This document shows, piece after piece, positions 63,222 to 64,000 of a stretch of 64,000 nucleotides of DNA. The position numbers and the translations under genes were made by a program. Under the pieces are notes generated by a model, which saw nothing but the letters and a program-made list of their open reading frames with translations, was not told the DNA's origin and searched no databases. How positions within the stretch are numbered: position 1 is the stretch's first letter; each line of letters begins with the position of its first letter. The stretch is from Dehalococcoidia bacterium (GTDB lineage Bacteria; Chloroflexota; Dehalococcoidia; Lucifugimonadales; UBA2962), in the NCBI GenBank assembly GCA_963664125.2, contig OY760908.2, positions 1,276,314 to 1,340,313 of the forward strand, given 5' to 3'.

Positions 63222-63980
63222 TCAGCTCGGCACTTTGAGAGGCATCTGAGCCCAAAGTTTCCTATCGAGGATTGCTTCGTCTCCTGAACGCTTCCCACGA
63301 CGACCGCCCAGTTGCTTGAGGAAGAATGCCACGCCGGCCTCTCGCGACTGGTCGCGCAGAGTCCTTGCCCAGTCCAGATCCATCGGTCTCGCTGCTGGAC
63401 CGCTCTCGCCGCCTGCGATGACCCAGTGGACTGCGCCAGCGTCAAGCCAATGCCGTAGGTCGATCGCCTCGAGCAGTGGTTCGGCGGAGACGAAACGCAC
63501 CGCCGCTGGCAGCCGGGCTAGCACGCCGATTCGCGGTGCGTACTTCTGAGTCTCGACCGATGTTCCGATCCATACGCCACTTGGCCACTCGCCGTCGTAT
63601 CGGAGGTTGTTGCGCTCCCACCAGCCAACGGCTCGTCCCGGTCGCTTTGTGAGGACTTGGAACACGTGCCCCCGCCGTTCCGACGCTTCGCGCATGACGT
63701 CGAAGATGTCGTTTACGAACTCGTAGGGCACGCGGGGATGGAACACGTCTGACATGCTATTGACGAAGACACGACGGGGCTTTGCCCAGCGCAGGGGTGC
63801 CTCGAGCCTCTCCGGCAACAGCCGTACCTCGCGTGGGTCACCGTTGTACCCAGGCACGCCCATCGCGGTAAGGCGTGGATACAACGCGTACATGTAGCAA
63901 TGGTCGCAGCCGGGTGACACACGGGTGCAGCCGGTGACGGGGTTCCAAGTCTCGTCCGTCCATTCAATGGTGGAGGGCAC
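63222..63980 (-). CDS. Gp37/Gp68 (DUF5131) family three-Cys-motif protein
   Basis: 252 aa from GTG 63980: MPSTIEWTDETWNPVTGCTRVSPGCDHCYM (C-x6-C-x2-C), with ...VFVNSMSDVFH...RFVSAEPLL...VIAGGESGP. This is the hallmark N-terminus of the family. Confidence 0.85.
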   Translation of the reverse strand: MPSTIEWTDETWNPVTGCTRVSPGCDHCYMYALYPRLTAMGVPGYNGDPREVRLLPERLEAPLRWAKPRRVFVNSMSDVFHPRVPYEFVNDIFDVMREASERRGHVFQVLTKRPGRAVGWWERNNLRYDGEWPSGVWIGTSVETQKYAPRIGVLARLPAAVRFVSAEPLLEAIDLRHWLDAGAVHWVIAGGESGPAARPMDLDWARTLRDQSREAGVAFFLKQLGGRRGKRSGDEAILDRKLWAQMPLKVPS

Positions 63981-64000
63981 GTTAGAATTCTCCCTAGTGA

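Noticed and set aside
1-64000. CRISPR arrays, rRNA or tRNA genes, IS elements, transposases, integrases and prophage structural genes.
   Set aside because: I looked for regularly spaced direct repeats, conserved rRNA/tRNA motifs and DDE or tyrosine-recombinase-like ORFs in the track. None was found. A computational tRNAscan/Infernal/ISfinder run is still advisable.

Overview
This is a high-GC chromosomal segment, about 65-70% GC by hand counts on sample lines. Its gene content looks actinobacterial: ispD-ispF-cysS synteny, a suf operon with a Rieske gene, an F420/LLM-type oxidoreductase, a PAC2 proteasome chaperone and hopanoid genes.

Core blocks:
- 1-8.7 kb: housekeeping genes, namely an SDR fragment, cysS, ispF, ispD, EVE-domain, aldo/keto reductase, DUF1802-like, Yip1-like, tatD and a family-5 solute-binding lipoprotein.
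- 19.1-25.4 kb: suf Fe-S assembly operon, sufB-sufC-sufD-sufU-Rieske-sufS-sufU.
- 27.1-39.2 kb: one 12-kb co-directional minus-strand cluster that starts with hopanoid genes (polyprenyl synthase, hpnH, hpnG, shc, squalene/phytoene synthase). It runs without a break into a dehydrogenase, FGGY kinase, class II aldolase, epimerase and nucleoside hydrolase set.
- 39.4-50.2 kb: an 11-subunit nuoABCDHIJKLMN operon with no nuoEFG and a small DUF2007-like gene between nuoK and nuoL.
- 50.2-61.6 kb: nadK, Nudix, LLM oxidoreductase, PAC2, three tandem SDR paralogs, a cyclase-family gene, an RNase H-like exonuclease and a second family-5 solute-binding lipoprotein.

Lower-GC accessory islets:
1. 8.8-19.1 kb: a type I R-M operon, hsdM-mntA-hepT-hsdS-(DUF3644-like)-hsdR, whose genes are chained by start/stop overlaps. 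An AlbA_2/Schlafen-like ATPase and an orphan HicB-like gene follow it.
2. 25.9-26.9 kb: a NYN-domain RNase gene preceded by a duplicated promoter/leader module with tetraloop hairpins.
3. 53.9-55.4 kb: vapBC plus a HicB-like gene that seems to start at ATT.
4. 61.7-64.0 kb: a TcmP / Gp37-Gp68 (three-Cys) gene pair that reaches the right edge.

I found no rRNA, tRNA, CRISPR array, transposase or integrase. Domain names come from motif recognition and memory, not from searches. Most long ORFs in the track that lie antisense to these genes are high-GC shadow ORFs.
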